Assembly: GCF_000400465.1 (NCBI RefSeq)
Contig: NW_008806283.1
Span: 398,570 to 430,569, forward strand
From: Wallemia ichthyophaga EXF-994
Taxonomy: Eukaryota > Fungi > Basidiomycota
Reading direction: 5' to 3'
Length of the DNA stretch: 32,000 nt
Shown: positions 11,707 to 21,671 of the stretch, piece after piece
How the letters are laid out: each line of letters opens with the position of its first letter
Position numbering within the stretch: position 1 is the first letter of the stretch
Position numbers and translations under genes: made by a program
The notes under the pieces: model-generated
What the model was told of the DNA's origin: nothing
The model's input: only the letters and a program-made list of their open reading frames with translations
Database searches by the model: none

Positions 11707-12510
11707 ATGGCACTCACGCTGAATACACCGTCACTGTACATCGACGACCAAATCAGAGACTGGGTGTTATTTCCAATTACGCTGGTAATGATATTAGTCG
11801 GGCTGCTGAGGCATTATGTGGTGCAGCTGCTAGGCGGGAAGGGGAAGAAGCAAGAAGTGAAGGGAATAAGGGAGCAGCGTGCTCTGATGCGCTCAGCGAT
11901 GCTGCGTAAGAATGGTGGAGTTCTTACGCCTACAGCCTTCTTCAAGCGCAAGCAGTTTCTTATAGAAGCGTTTAAACAGGGCAGCTATCTCAAGCAGGCA
12001 CCACCGAAAGACGGCGAACAGCAACACCCACCAAACCCATTAAACGACCCAGAACAGATGGACAGCATGATGGATGGAATGAAAAAGCAGATGGTTATGT
12101 TCATTCCTCAAACAGTAATTATGGGCTGGATAAACTCATTTTTCAGCGGATTTATACTGATTAAGCTGCCATTCCCATTGACTAGAGGGTTCAAGAGTAT
12201 GTTGCAGAGGGGAATAATGACAGATGATATGCCTGCTAGCTATGTGAGCAGTATCAGCTGGTACTTTCTCAATTTATTCGGGTTAAATAGCGTATTGAGG
12301 TTGATACTAGGCGAGGGGAACCACGCAGATGGAGTTAGAGATATGCAGACAGCTGCTCAGCTCGCAGGGACTTCGAGCCAGCCGAATCCGATGCAGAACC
12401 AGGATATGAACAAGGTGTTCAAGGCGGAGATAGATAATCTCGAGCTATGTGAGCCTAAATTTATGATGAGTGGTGTAGGAAATAGAGTGCTAGAAAAGTA
12501 TAATGGATAG
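11707..12510 (+). CDS. EMC3: ER membrane protein complex subunit 3 (Oxa1 superfamily), intronless
   Basis: LYIDDQIRDWVLFPITLVMILVGLLRHY...PQTVIMGWINSFFSGFILIKLPFPLTRGFKSMLQRG...VSSISWYFLNLFGL is the characteristic EMC3 sequence. Confidence 0.95.
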   Translation: MALTLNTPSLYIDDQIRDWVLFPITLVMILVGLLRHYVVQLLGGKGKKQEVKGIREQRALMRSAMLRKNGGVLTPTAFFKRKQFLIEAFKQGSYLKQAPPKDGEQQHPPNPLNDPEQMDSMMDGMKKQMVMFIPQTVIMGWINSFFSGFILIKLPFPLTRGFKSMLQRGIMTDDMPASYVSSISWYFLNLFGLNSVLRLILGEGNHADGVRDMQTAAQLAGTSSQPNPMQNQDMNKVFKAEIDNLELCEPKFMMSGVGNRVLEKYNG

Positions 12511-12557
12511 TATTCATTGGGATTTGTTGCAAGTTTGTAGGTTGATTTGGGTGTGTC

Positions 12558-13091
12558 ATGGCAGAGTCAGCAGATAAAGTGGGCCAAGTGGAGCAAGTGG
12601 AGCAGCCATCGGAGCCATTGCAGCCAGAACAAGCATACACACACACACAGCTACAGCAACACACTCAACAACCCCCTAAACCCAGAAGAAATCTCAGAAA
12701 AACTAAAGAAGAAGACAGCGGAGGTATCGACAAGTTTGAGCTACCAAAAAGCACAGTCACGAAGCTAGCTAAAGAGGGAGTGCCGGATGGTGCCAAATTT
12801 CAGAAAGACACGCTACTAGCTATACAAAAGAGTAGCTCCGTCTTTATAAACTGGCTGGCTTCGTCGGCACAGGAGAAGGCACACGATAAGAAGAACAAGA
12901 CTATAAACGCAGAGAATGTTTTTGCGGCTGTCAAGGAGATGGAATTGGGTGGTGAGCTGGATGAGTTGCTTAACGATGAGTTGGCAGCGTACAGGGAGAT
13001 ACAAAGCACAGGCAGGAAGAAAGATAATGAGCAAGAAGAGCAAGATGTACAAGATACAAACGAATTTGATCCTAGTGTAATTGAAGAATAA
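12558..13091 (+). CDS. DPB4: Histone-fold (CBFD/NFYB) protein, DNA polymerase epsilon subunit 4/POLE3-like
   Basis: FELPKSTVTKLAKEGVPDGAKFQKDTLLAIQKSSSVFINWLASSA...KTINAENVFAAVKEME is an H2B-like histone fold, followed by an acidic tail. Confidence 0.8.
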   Translation: MAESADKVGQVEQVEQPSEPLQPEQAYTHTQLQQHTQQPPKPRRNLRKTKEEDSGGIDKFELPKSTVTKLAKEGVPDGAKFQKDTLLAIQKSSSVFINWLASSAQEKAHDKKNKTINAENVFAAVKEMELGGELDELLNDELAAYREIQSTGRKKDNEQEEQDVQDTNEFDPSVIEE

Positions 13092-13177
13092 TCTTTATAT
13101 TTTATATTTGAATTGGCATGAATCCCATTTGAATTATCCGTGCGTGCCCCTTGTACAGTCACATACCGAATAAAAAA

Positions 13178-13223
13178 GTGAGTCTTGTATGCGCGTGTCA
13201 AAGCCCTCTTTAAACCACTCCAG
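13178..13223 (+). other. Putative 5'-UTR intron of the septin gene
   Basis: GTGAGT...CCAG, 46 nt (typical size here), ending 2 nt before the ATG at 13226. Confidence 0.45.
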
Positions 13224-13225
13224 TG

Positions 13226-14369
13226 ATGGCATCTGCAAGAAGAGGACGTAAGAGCGTAAAGAAGGGACTGCAGTTCACAGTTATGGTTGTTGGCGCCAGT
13301 GGCACTGGCCGCACGACGTTCGTCAACACTCTGTGTGAATCTGAGGTGCTTCCGCACAAGCCAAATGACAGCCCAGAAACTGCTCACATCGAAGAAGGCA
13401 TCAAGATTAAGCCACTCACCGTTGAACTCGATGAAGAGGGCTTTAGAATCGCTCTCACCATCGTAGACACTCCTGGGTTCGGCGACAACATCAACAACGA
13501 ATCTAACTTCCAGGAAATTGTTGGTTACCTTGAACGCCAATACGATGACATTCTCGCTGAGGAGTCGCGTATCAAGCGTAACCCACGCTTCCGTGACAAC
13601 AGAGTTCATGCTCTTCTCTACTTTATTCCTCCAACTGGTCACTCTCTCAGGGAAATGGATATTGAACTCATGCGCAAACTCTCCCCACGCGTTAATGTCA
13701 TTCCTGTAGTCGGCAAAGCTGATTCGTTGACACCTTCAGAACTGAAAAATTTCAAAAAACGCGTCATGGAGGATATCGAACATTACGAAATACCCATCTA
13801 CTCATTCCCATATGATGTTGAGGAGGATGACGAGGATACGGTGATGGATAATTCCGAGTTGAGGGTGAGTTTTGATGTTTGAAGAGAGGTGTCTTACTCA
13901 CTCATGCACACACCAGGCTATGCTCCCATTTGCCATTGTCGGTTCAGAAGAGGAAATGACGATTGATGGCGAGGTCGTAAGAGCGCGTCGCTATCCTTGG
14001 GGAATAGTCAATGTAGACGATCCCGCTCATTCGGACTTTTCGAGATTAAGATCAGCGCTGCTCAGCTCGCATCTCACAGATCTCAAAGAAATCACACACG
14101 ATTTCCTCTACGAGAACTACCGTACTGAGAAGCTGTCGCGTGGGGGCGGTGAATATGGCTCACACTACCCTATTGGTAACTCATCGTCTATGGGCTCTAA
14201 CCAGAACAGCGGCGAGGATCCAGAGGGTGTGCGTCACAAAGAGGAGCAGCTGCGTAGAGAAGAGGATAAGTTTAGAGAGATTGAGCTGCGCGTCCAGCGT
14301 GAAATTGCTGAAAAGAGAGCTGAACTCGCTGCCAAGGAGGAGAATCTCCGTCATCTCGGTGTGGCTTGA
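13226..14369 (+). CDS. CDC11: Septin, Cdc11 subgroup; join(13226..13864,13917..14369), 363 aa
   Basis: G1 motif GASGTGRTT (Arg in the P-loop, as in Cdc11-type septins), G3 DTPGFGD, G4 GKAD, septin element RRYPWG, and a C-terminal coiled coil. Intron 13865-13916 is GTGAGT..CAG. Confidence 0.88.
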
Positions 14370-14462
14370 AGGTAGGTAGTTAATGAAGTAGCTTATGATA
14401 AATAAACAAGATGAATTGTAAAGAAATGAATCATATTCTATACCCAAGATAAGACAAAACAA

Positions 14463-15395
14463 TCAGATTAGGCTGCCGCTAATTTCCATCTCTATAGCCT
14501 TGGGGGTGAGACCGAGACGAGGCAAAACACTTTGATAACGTGTATCAGACAGGGTTTTGAGGTACTTGAGGAGTTTTGCACGGTGGTGAACGAGTTGAGA
14601 GAGAGAGCGCTTGTTTTGAGTGTCTCTAGGATTGAGTTGGAGGTGAGTGACCAAGCTTCTTATCCTGGTAGTGAGAATAGCCGCCTGTACTTCGACTTTT
14701 CCTGAGTCACCTTGGTGTGTAGGTTGAGTTGAGTTGCCGTTAACATGGCCATCACCAAAAGCAGTGATACATCTACGGATATTCTCCAGCATGATGCCTT
14801 TAGCGGATGAGTTCCTGAGGTCGATAAGGCGGCTGAAAGTTTCTAATTTGATGCGCTCGTGCTCAACGACAGTCTCGATATCAATGTCAGAGAGGAGGCT
14901 GTTTGATTGAGTTTTCCTCTGTGCAGAGAGAGAAGGGAGGGTTTTGAATATGGACAAGAGGTCCTCAGAGCGCATTGGGGTGTTGAGCAGCTTAGGGATT
15001 TCAATACCGGGGAAGGCGTCATTAGGGTCGTCTGGAACGCCAGTCAAGTGAGAGAGGGGAGCTCTGCCAGATACGCCATTGACGTTACTGTACACTTGCT
15101 CAGGTGTCAGAACAATCTGAGCGAGTTGGGAGTTGTTCCAAATGTCTTCTTCACCCGATCGATAGCCAAGTGCAGGTGAAGGGAGGTTTGAGTGTTGAGC
15201 ATCTACCACCGATTGCTTCCGAGAGATGTTCACCTTCTTCTTCAGCCTCGAAGATTGTTTGCGCTTGCTAACGAGATTAACAGCGCTTGTTGTGAGGGTG
15301 CGGTGAGTGTTGGCTGGGAATGGCTGGTGAGAGGTGGTTGAATAAGGGGTAGAGTACTAACGCTGTGATTGAGCCAGTTTGAATACGCTCAACAT
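14463..15395 (-). CDS. MRPS28: Mitochondrial ribosomal protein uS15m; complement(join(14463..15313,15362..15395)), 294 aa
   Basis: S15 domain DSGKVEVQAAILTTRIRSLVTHL..NPRDTQNKRSLSQLVHHRAKLLKYL. Intron 15314-15361 adds a basic, S/T-rich, presequence-like N-terminus (MLSVFKLAQSQPNTHRTLTTSAVNL). Confidence 0.88.
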
Positions 15396-15462
15396 TTTAT
15401 ATTATTTTGAATTTATTTCTTGGTCGTTGGAGTACAAGATGCTTCTTCCTCCTTAGTTGTGT

Positions 15463-18400
15463 ATGTCCAAGAGGAGCCTCGATTCTTTAGCCAGTTTCTC
15501 CAATAAATCAACAAAGATGAGCGTGAACAGCAATCACAACAGCAATCACATGGCACACCACGCTAATCAATGGCGTACATCTTCGAATCAGCAGCAGCCA
15601 CAACAACCACAGCAATCACAGCAAACACGAAAGCCATACTCCCTCCCTGGTCTAATCCGCAAGAAGAAATTCATTGAAAACTCGTATCCTGGCATATCTC
15701 TCCCCCCTCAAATCTCCCAGAATCCTAAATCTCCAATCGCTAACTACGTTTCTCTCAAGTGGGGCTATCAGCCATCCTACCAGACTGTAAAGTGTCTTAT
15801 CGAAGGCCAACAGAGGTATAGGTGCGTCTAATCTACTGCAATATCTGCCCCGCTAAATTTTCATTTTTTTCACAATTAGGTCATTCGTTCTGGCTGATCA
15901 ATTGCCTGATAGGAATGTTGAAGGCTGCGGTGATGACGTTGTTGCTAAGACTTCTGAGCAGCTCGCTGCTTTGGACGCTCTCTATCAGCTTCAAGCGTTG
16001 GGTCTACTTGAGAAGCCAGAGACTCAAGTTCAGCCTCAGTCTCAACCCCAAGCAAAACAATTCCATCACTTCTTATCTGACGGCGCCACTGGTTTGGATT
16101 TCGAGCTCTCAAAGAGATTTATCGACTTCTACTGCCAGAAGTTCAATATGCGTCACTTTGCAGACGCCTATCAAAAGTACTCTTCTAGCACAAAAAGTAA
16201 GAAGAAGCACTCCGATGGCTGGGAATGTGTTATCGTCATTGCCAATCTTTCCATGGGCAGCGCAAAGCACTCCAATAAGAGGCAGGCTACGCAACTAGCC
16301 TATATTGATGCTACAAAGTATCTCGAAAAGTGCGACAATGGTTTGTGGCTCGAATTTGAACAATCCATTAAGGGTGAAAAGGCCGATAAGGCTGAGAAGG
16401 CTGCTATGGAAGCACACAAAGGTGCAACCTTATCCTACCAAGCTTCCAATAAGGTACAAGAAATACTCAACAACATCATCGACGATACAAAATCTTCGAA
16501 ATTGTACTCAAAACGTCCATATAATGATGAAGACGATGATATCACTACCCGTCCATCCACACCAACATCTCTCACTAACCCTGCTTCCAAGAAACAATTC
16601 AAACCACGTAGAGCTCCTGCTAAACGTCACTTGGAGAATAAATCTCTCTCAATGTCCAAGGACCTTGAGTTCTACAATACAAACCAGCAATTCGAAAAGA
16701 TTCGCCAGCAGAGAGCTTCACTGCCTATCTTCACTCAAGCAGAGGAGGTTGTGAAAAGCGTTAATGAAAACATGATTACTGTACTCATGGCCGCCACTGG
16801 TTCAGGCAAGACTACTCAGATGCCCCAGCTCCTCCTCGACGACGCTATCCAGCATGGTAGAGGTGGCAAGTGTAACATTCTCTGCACCCAGCCAAGACGT
16901 ATTGCTGCCATCTCTGTTGCTCAAAGAGTCGCTGCTGAGCGTGGTGAGAAGCTCGGCAAAAGAGTTGGCTACCAGGTGCGTTTTGAATCAAAGAAAGCTG
17001 AACCTCATGGTTCCATCAATTTTTGCACCACTGGTGTCTTCCTCAGACGTATGCAGTCCGCTCTAGAAGAGAGTGAGAGTGTTGATTCTAATGCTGAAGG
17101 AGATGCTCAGAGGTATGGCCTACTCGACGAAATTACTCATGTTGTCGTCGATGAGGTTCACGAACGTGATATTGATACCGACCTCACTCTCGTTGTGCTC
17201 AAGCGTCTTATCGCCGATCGTCAAGCAAGGGGGAAGCCACTCAAGGTTATTCTCATGTCAGCTACCATAGACTCCGATCTCTTCCAAAACTACTTTGCTT
17301 CTGTCAACAACGGCGTACCTGCCCCAGTTGCTGATATACCTGGACGCTCTTACCCGGTGACAAAACACTTCCTCGACGACTATCTCGAGGATCTCAAGGC
17401 AGTGCCCGAAAGAGAAGGTGGCTGGGTGTGGAGAGAGAAGAATGTCAATGAGTACATGAGAAATGAGTTTAGAAGTGAAGTCGGTGGAGATGAAATTGAA
17501 ATACCATACCCACTCGTAGCTTTAACGATTGCACATGTTTTGAGCTTCTCGCGCAACGCTGACGGCCATCTGCTCATCTTCTTGCCTGGTTGGGATGAGA
17601 TTAAGGCTGTGCAGACTATTCTGGAAGAGCAGCAACTCTGCGGTATAAACTTCAACGACTCTTCCAAATACTCAATTCACGTGCTGCACTCATCGGTGCC
17701 TGTCCAAGAGCAACAGAAGATTTTTGAGCCGTGTGAAGACGGTATCAGGAGGATTATTCTTTCAACAAACGTCGCTGAAACGTCAGTTACCATTCCTGAC
17801 GTAGTTTACGTCGTTGATGCGGCCAGAGTCAAGGAGAAGAGATACGATGCGGAGCGTCACATGAGTCAGCTAGTATCGGCGTGGGTCGGCAAGTCCAACC
17901 TCAACCAGCGCGCCGGTAGGGCCGGTAGACACCGTGAGGGAGAGTACTATGGTGTTCTGTCCAAGCGCAGGTATGAGTCGTTAGCAGCACACCAGACTGT
18001 CGAGATGAAGAGGGTAGATTTGAGCGAGGTAGTGCTTCGCGTGAAAGCGCTTAACTTCCCCGGTCTCGAAGTCGAGGATGTGCTAGCGCAGGCGATCGAG
18101 CCACCAGCTCCCGAAAGGGTGAAGTTGGCGCTCGATAGGCTCTATCTGATCGGAGCAATTAATAAGAAGAAGGAGCTTACGTCGCTTGGTAAGGTGTTGC
18201 TCCAGCTGCCGATTGAAGCGCCTATCGGCAAACTGATACTATATGCGACCTTTTTCAGATGTCTCGATCCTGCACTCACTCTCGCTGCTATTCTCACCAA
18301 CCGGGATCCGTTCGTCGCACCGCTTGATCACCGCGCAGAAGCCAATGCGGCGAAGCAGAAATGGAGTCGGTTGGAGTACAAGAGCGACCCGTTCACCATC

Positions 18401-19718
18401 CTCAATGCATACGAAGCGTGGTGGGCGCTGCATAGCGCTGGGCGCCACTCGCAGGCGTGGGACTTTGTCAACGAGAATTTCCTCTCGCGTGCCACTCTCT
18501 TGCAGATCAGACAGGTCAAGGAGCATCTCTACAAGTCGCTCGAAAGTCTCAAGCTGACTGACTTCATGACGGCTGATCCTGCACTCAACAAGTCCAAGAT
18601 CGGTGCTGAGAAGTTGCGCGCGAGGAGAGGAGAGTTGATTGTACCGGAGTATCTCAATACTAACGCTCGCTCTAAACCCCTCCTCGCGGCTCTCATCGCT
18701 ATGTCATGCTCACCTAACTTTGCTCTCAGGACGGGCGATCGCAATCATCGCATGGCAGCTGAAAAGGTGCGTGGGGTTGTATGGTATGGTATTTCACTAA
18801 CATAATTACAATCTACAGAGCGTATTCATTCACAGCTCTTCCGTTCTCCATCCTAGAAACGAAAAGGATGAAGTAGCCTACAAGAAGCAGATGGATCATT
18901 TCAACAAGCACATTGTCTCCTTCCAAGAAAAAACAAAGAATATCTCCAACCTCTCAGCAGGTCCTGGTGGGAAGGAGCCGCAAGTGATGTTGCGGATGTG
19001 TACGCGACTCGACTTGATGGTGTATGCCATATTCGGCGCAGCGGAGATCAAGCTGGATGACTACAGCGGGGACTATGTGCTAGATGACTGGGTGACGCTG
19101 TTCGGAGGTGAGTGACAGGAGTGCTGAAGTTTGTTTAATTTACTAAACCTTGTCACAGCCACACCTCAACTCGAATCACTGCGCAGACTTAAGGCAATGG
19201 TGCACTCGTGCATGTTGCGCGCATTCGAAGGTGTACACGCGGGTAGTGCACTCGAGCAGACGGAGATGTACAATGACGAAGAGGTGTATAAGCTCGATAA
19301 CATGCTGCTCCTTCAGAGTGAAGAAGAGGCTGAACAGAGCAACGAGGAGAAACTGTCACCCAAGGAGCAGGTGGAGCTTGATGTGATGGCTAACAATGTC
19401 GTCTTCCTGTTGAACCAGTTTGCAAACGATAAGGCCGAGCTGGAGGGTAAGGTATTGCGCAAACATGCTCCCTCGGCAGGCAAGAAGAATGCTTCTAGTA
19501 GTAGTTACGGTAATGGTAATGGTAATGGCAATGGTAACGGTAATGGTGGCTTCGGTATCAAGCAAATACTGAAAAGATCTGCCCCATCTGCTTCCAGCTA
19601 TAGCAGCAGACAGCCTAGTAGTGCGAGCAGTAGCAATATTAGCAGGGAGACAAGCAGAAGCAATAGCAGACCAGCAGCTACAGGTTCTCGAGGAGTGGAA
19701 GCCTCTAGGTGGAGATAG
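15463..19718 (+). CDS. DEAH/RHA ATP-dependent RNA helicase (DHX9/DHX30/DHX36-like); join(15463..15821,15880..18766,18819..19107,19159..19718), 1364 aa
   Basis: Motifs AATGSGKTTQ, CTQPRRIAAISVAQRV, DEVH, MSAT, IFLPG, STNVAETSVT and QRAGRAGR, then HA2 and OB-like regions. Two dsRBD-like segments lie upstream (EGCG...EQLAALDAL; GSAKHSNKRQATQLAY). Three GT-AG introns. Confidence 0.9.
19509..19547 (+). repeat. Imperfect (GGTAAT)n hexanucleotide repeat encoding a Gly-Asn tract in the helicase C-terminus
   Basis: ggtaat ggtaat ggtaat ggcaat ggtaac ggtaat ggt, read directly from the sequence. Confidence 0.85.
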
Positions 19719-19876
19719 ATGTATACAGAAGTATAAAATGTGATGATTAATAGATTTATTTAAATATTCTTATCTTTGCATTTGTCGCGTGTTGACATTG
19801 GCTGTACTGTACGCCCACGCCTCTCTCGCTCCACTCACACTCTCACGCCTCGCGCGCCTCTGTCGGAGATGCAGTG

Positions 19877-21403
19877 ATGCAACAGCAAAACAAAATCAGC
19901 GAAAGAATACAAGCGCTGGAGCAGTCGACGCAGTTGTCGCAGTATGCATCAGTGCGCCAGCGGACAGCGCAGTCGCGACAGAATGCATACACAGCGCAGG
20001 CCATAGACAGCAGACTGTCCGTCAAGGGACGTGCAGCGCGCTTCTCGCAATTCGACACAGGCAAGCCATTGGAACCTGTGAGGCAGAACAGTGTAAGTGG
20101 AGGTGGACAGATTATTGGCAATAGGATACCCAGAGTCAGTGTCGGTGAGGGTGGTGCGGGGGTTGCAGGTGGTGTAGGTGGTGCGCAATTAGGTGTGCAG
20201 GCTCACAGGAGCATCAGCGCGGGACCAGCTGGAGCTAGTGTCAATAACCCCGGCGATCACACCTCTACACACTCTCCAACCGCCTCACAGCGCAGGAGGT
20301 CAGAGGATATCGCTGTATTGAGTGGCTCGCGCCTTTCAATAATGTCCGATCAGAGCTCTCAGTCGATGCCAACGTGGCAGAGTCCTGCTAAGGTGCTTGG
20401 CGCCGAGGAGCAGCGCGAAAGAGAGACAGACAGAGTGGAGACAATAGGGATGGATAAGGTGGATGAAGCGGCAGGATTAGCCAAAATAGATACAAAAACC
20501 AGCAATCAAAATCAAAATCAAAGTCGCAATCACAGCTGCAGACGCAAACCACTGCCATCATTCGTTGTGCGTGAGAGAGAAGAGCATTTTGATAAGGAAG
20601 CGACATTCCCCAACGAAACAGACAACGGGTGGAACTATATAGCGACAAATAAATCAAAACAGTCCGACTCAGATGCCAAGGCACACGCCCAAAAAGAAAC
20701 AGAATTAGCGCAAGCAGAAGACTTCGGTCCATCGATACCACTGGAAGAACGCTTCAACTTTATATCCCTCACTGAACCACCTGCGATATCAAAGCTTGAG
20801 CCTAAGTTGATTGGTAATCACAGCAATGACAACAGCTATGACAAGATAATACCCAATAAAAGACCGCATAACACAAGTGCAGCCGGTGATTGGAGATCAC
20901 CGCATAAAGCAAGATTGTCGACTTCAGCAGACTCAATCGCCGGCTCAACTAAATCCACTTTCAAGAGCTCAATGGGCAGGATATTTAAAGGAAGGATGTT
21001 TAGGAGAAGAAAGACGCTCGAGGGCGTGCAGATAAATACATCGCAAAGTGATATCCCACCACTGCCTACGAGCTTCAGTCAGACTTTGCCGGCAGTGAGG
21101 AGCATTGAGCCAATGAAGATCGACCTACCTACAGCCGAGGATATTGATCAGCGCGAGGAGAATGGGAAGAGGGAGGAGAGGCGGAGCCGCGAGAGAAAGG
21201 AGGAGATGGTTAGGAATAGGATGGTGCAGGAGGAGCGCTTGCGCAAGATAAAGGAAGCTGAGCAGCGGCGTAAGCAGGAGAAAGTGAGACATGAGAAGAT
21301 AAAAGAAGATGAGACCAAACAAGAGAAGAGAAATCGAGAAAAGGAAATAGCGATTGAGGATGCTGATTGGGCAACTGCTGTGATCAGGGAGTATGGAGAG
21401 TGA
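19877..21403 (+). CDS. Hypothetical, largely disordered protein with a charged C-terminal coiled coil
   Basis: About 508-codon ATG-initiated ORF filling the gap between the helicase and PRB1. It is S/R/Q-rich and ends in an E/K/R-rich helix. I recognise no domain. Confidence 0.7.
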   Translation: MQQQNKISERIQALEQSTQLSQYASVRQRTAQSRQNAYTAQAIDSRLSVKGRAARFSQFDTGKPLEPVRQNSVSGGGQIIGNRIPRVSVGEGGAGVAGGVGGAQLGVQAHRSISAGPAGASVNNPGDHTSTHSPTASQRRRSEDIAVLSGSRLSIMSDQSSQSMPTWQSPAKVLGAEEQRERETDRVETIGMDKVDEAAGLAKIDTKTSNQNQNQSRNHSCRRKPLPSFVVREREEHFDKEATFPNETDNGWNYIATNKSKQSDSDAKAHAQKETELAQAEDFGPSIPLEERFNFISLTEPPAISKLEPKLIGNHSNDNSYDKIIPNKRPHNTSAAGDWRSPHKARLSTSADSIAGSTKSTFKSSMGRIFKGRMFRRRKTLEGVQINTSQSDIPPLPTSFSQTLPAVRSIEPMKIDLPTAEDIDQREENGKREERRSRERKEEMVRNRMVQEERLRKIKEAEQRRKQEKVRHEKIKEDETKQEKRNREKEIAIEDADWATAVIREYGE

Positions 21404-21671
21404 GATTAGTGGGGGTGTTTAGGAGGGAGGGCGTTTAGTGTTGGTCTAGCAAGACAATAGGCGATCGTAGGGAACATAACTTTTTTTTTAACCTTGGAAA
21501 GACAGGAAAACCTTCATTCTTTTACACTTATCAACATATTTGCGTTATCCTCATTCACTCATTATACCACAACGCATATACTCAAAGAATTCATATTACA
21601 TTTACATTGATACGAAATTTAGTCATACAAATGTGTTTACCGTGTATGTCTTACTAACAGCGACTACCCCA

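Noticed and set aside
12800-13642. 280-aa minus-strand ORF spanning DPB4 and the septin
   Set aside because: Antisense to two well-supported genes, with no recognisable motifs.
20505-20526. AAAATC hexamer repeats here (NQNQNQ) and at ~24780-24800 (FDFDFD on minus)
   Set aside because: Short slippage microsatellites inside coding sequence, not a shared element.
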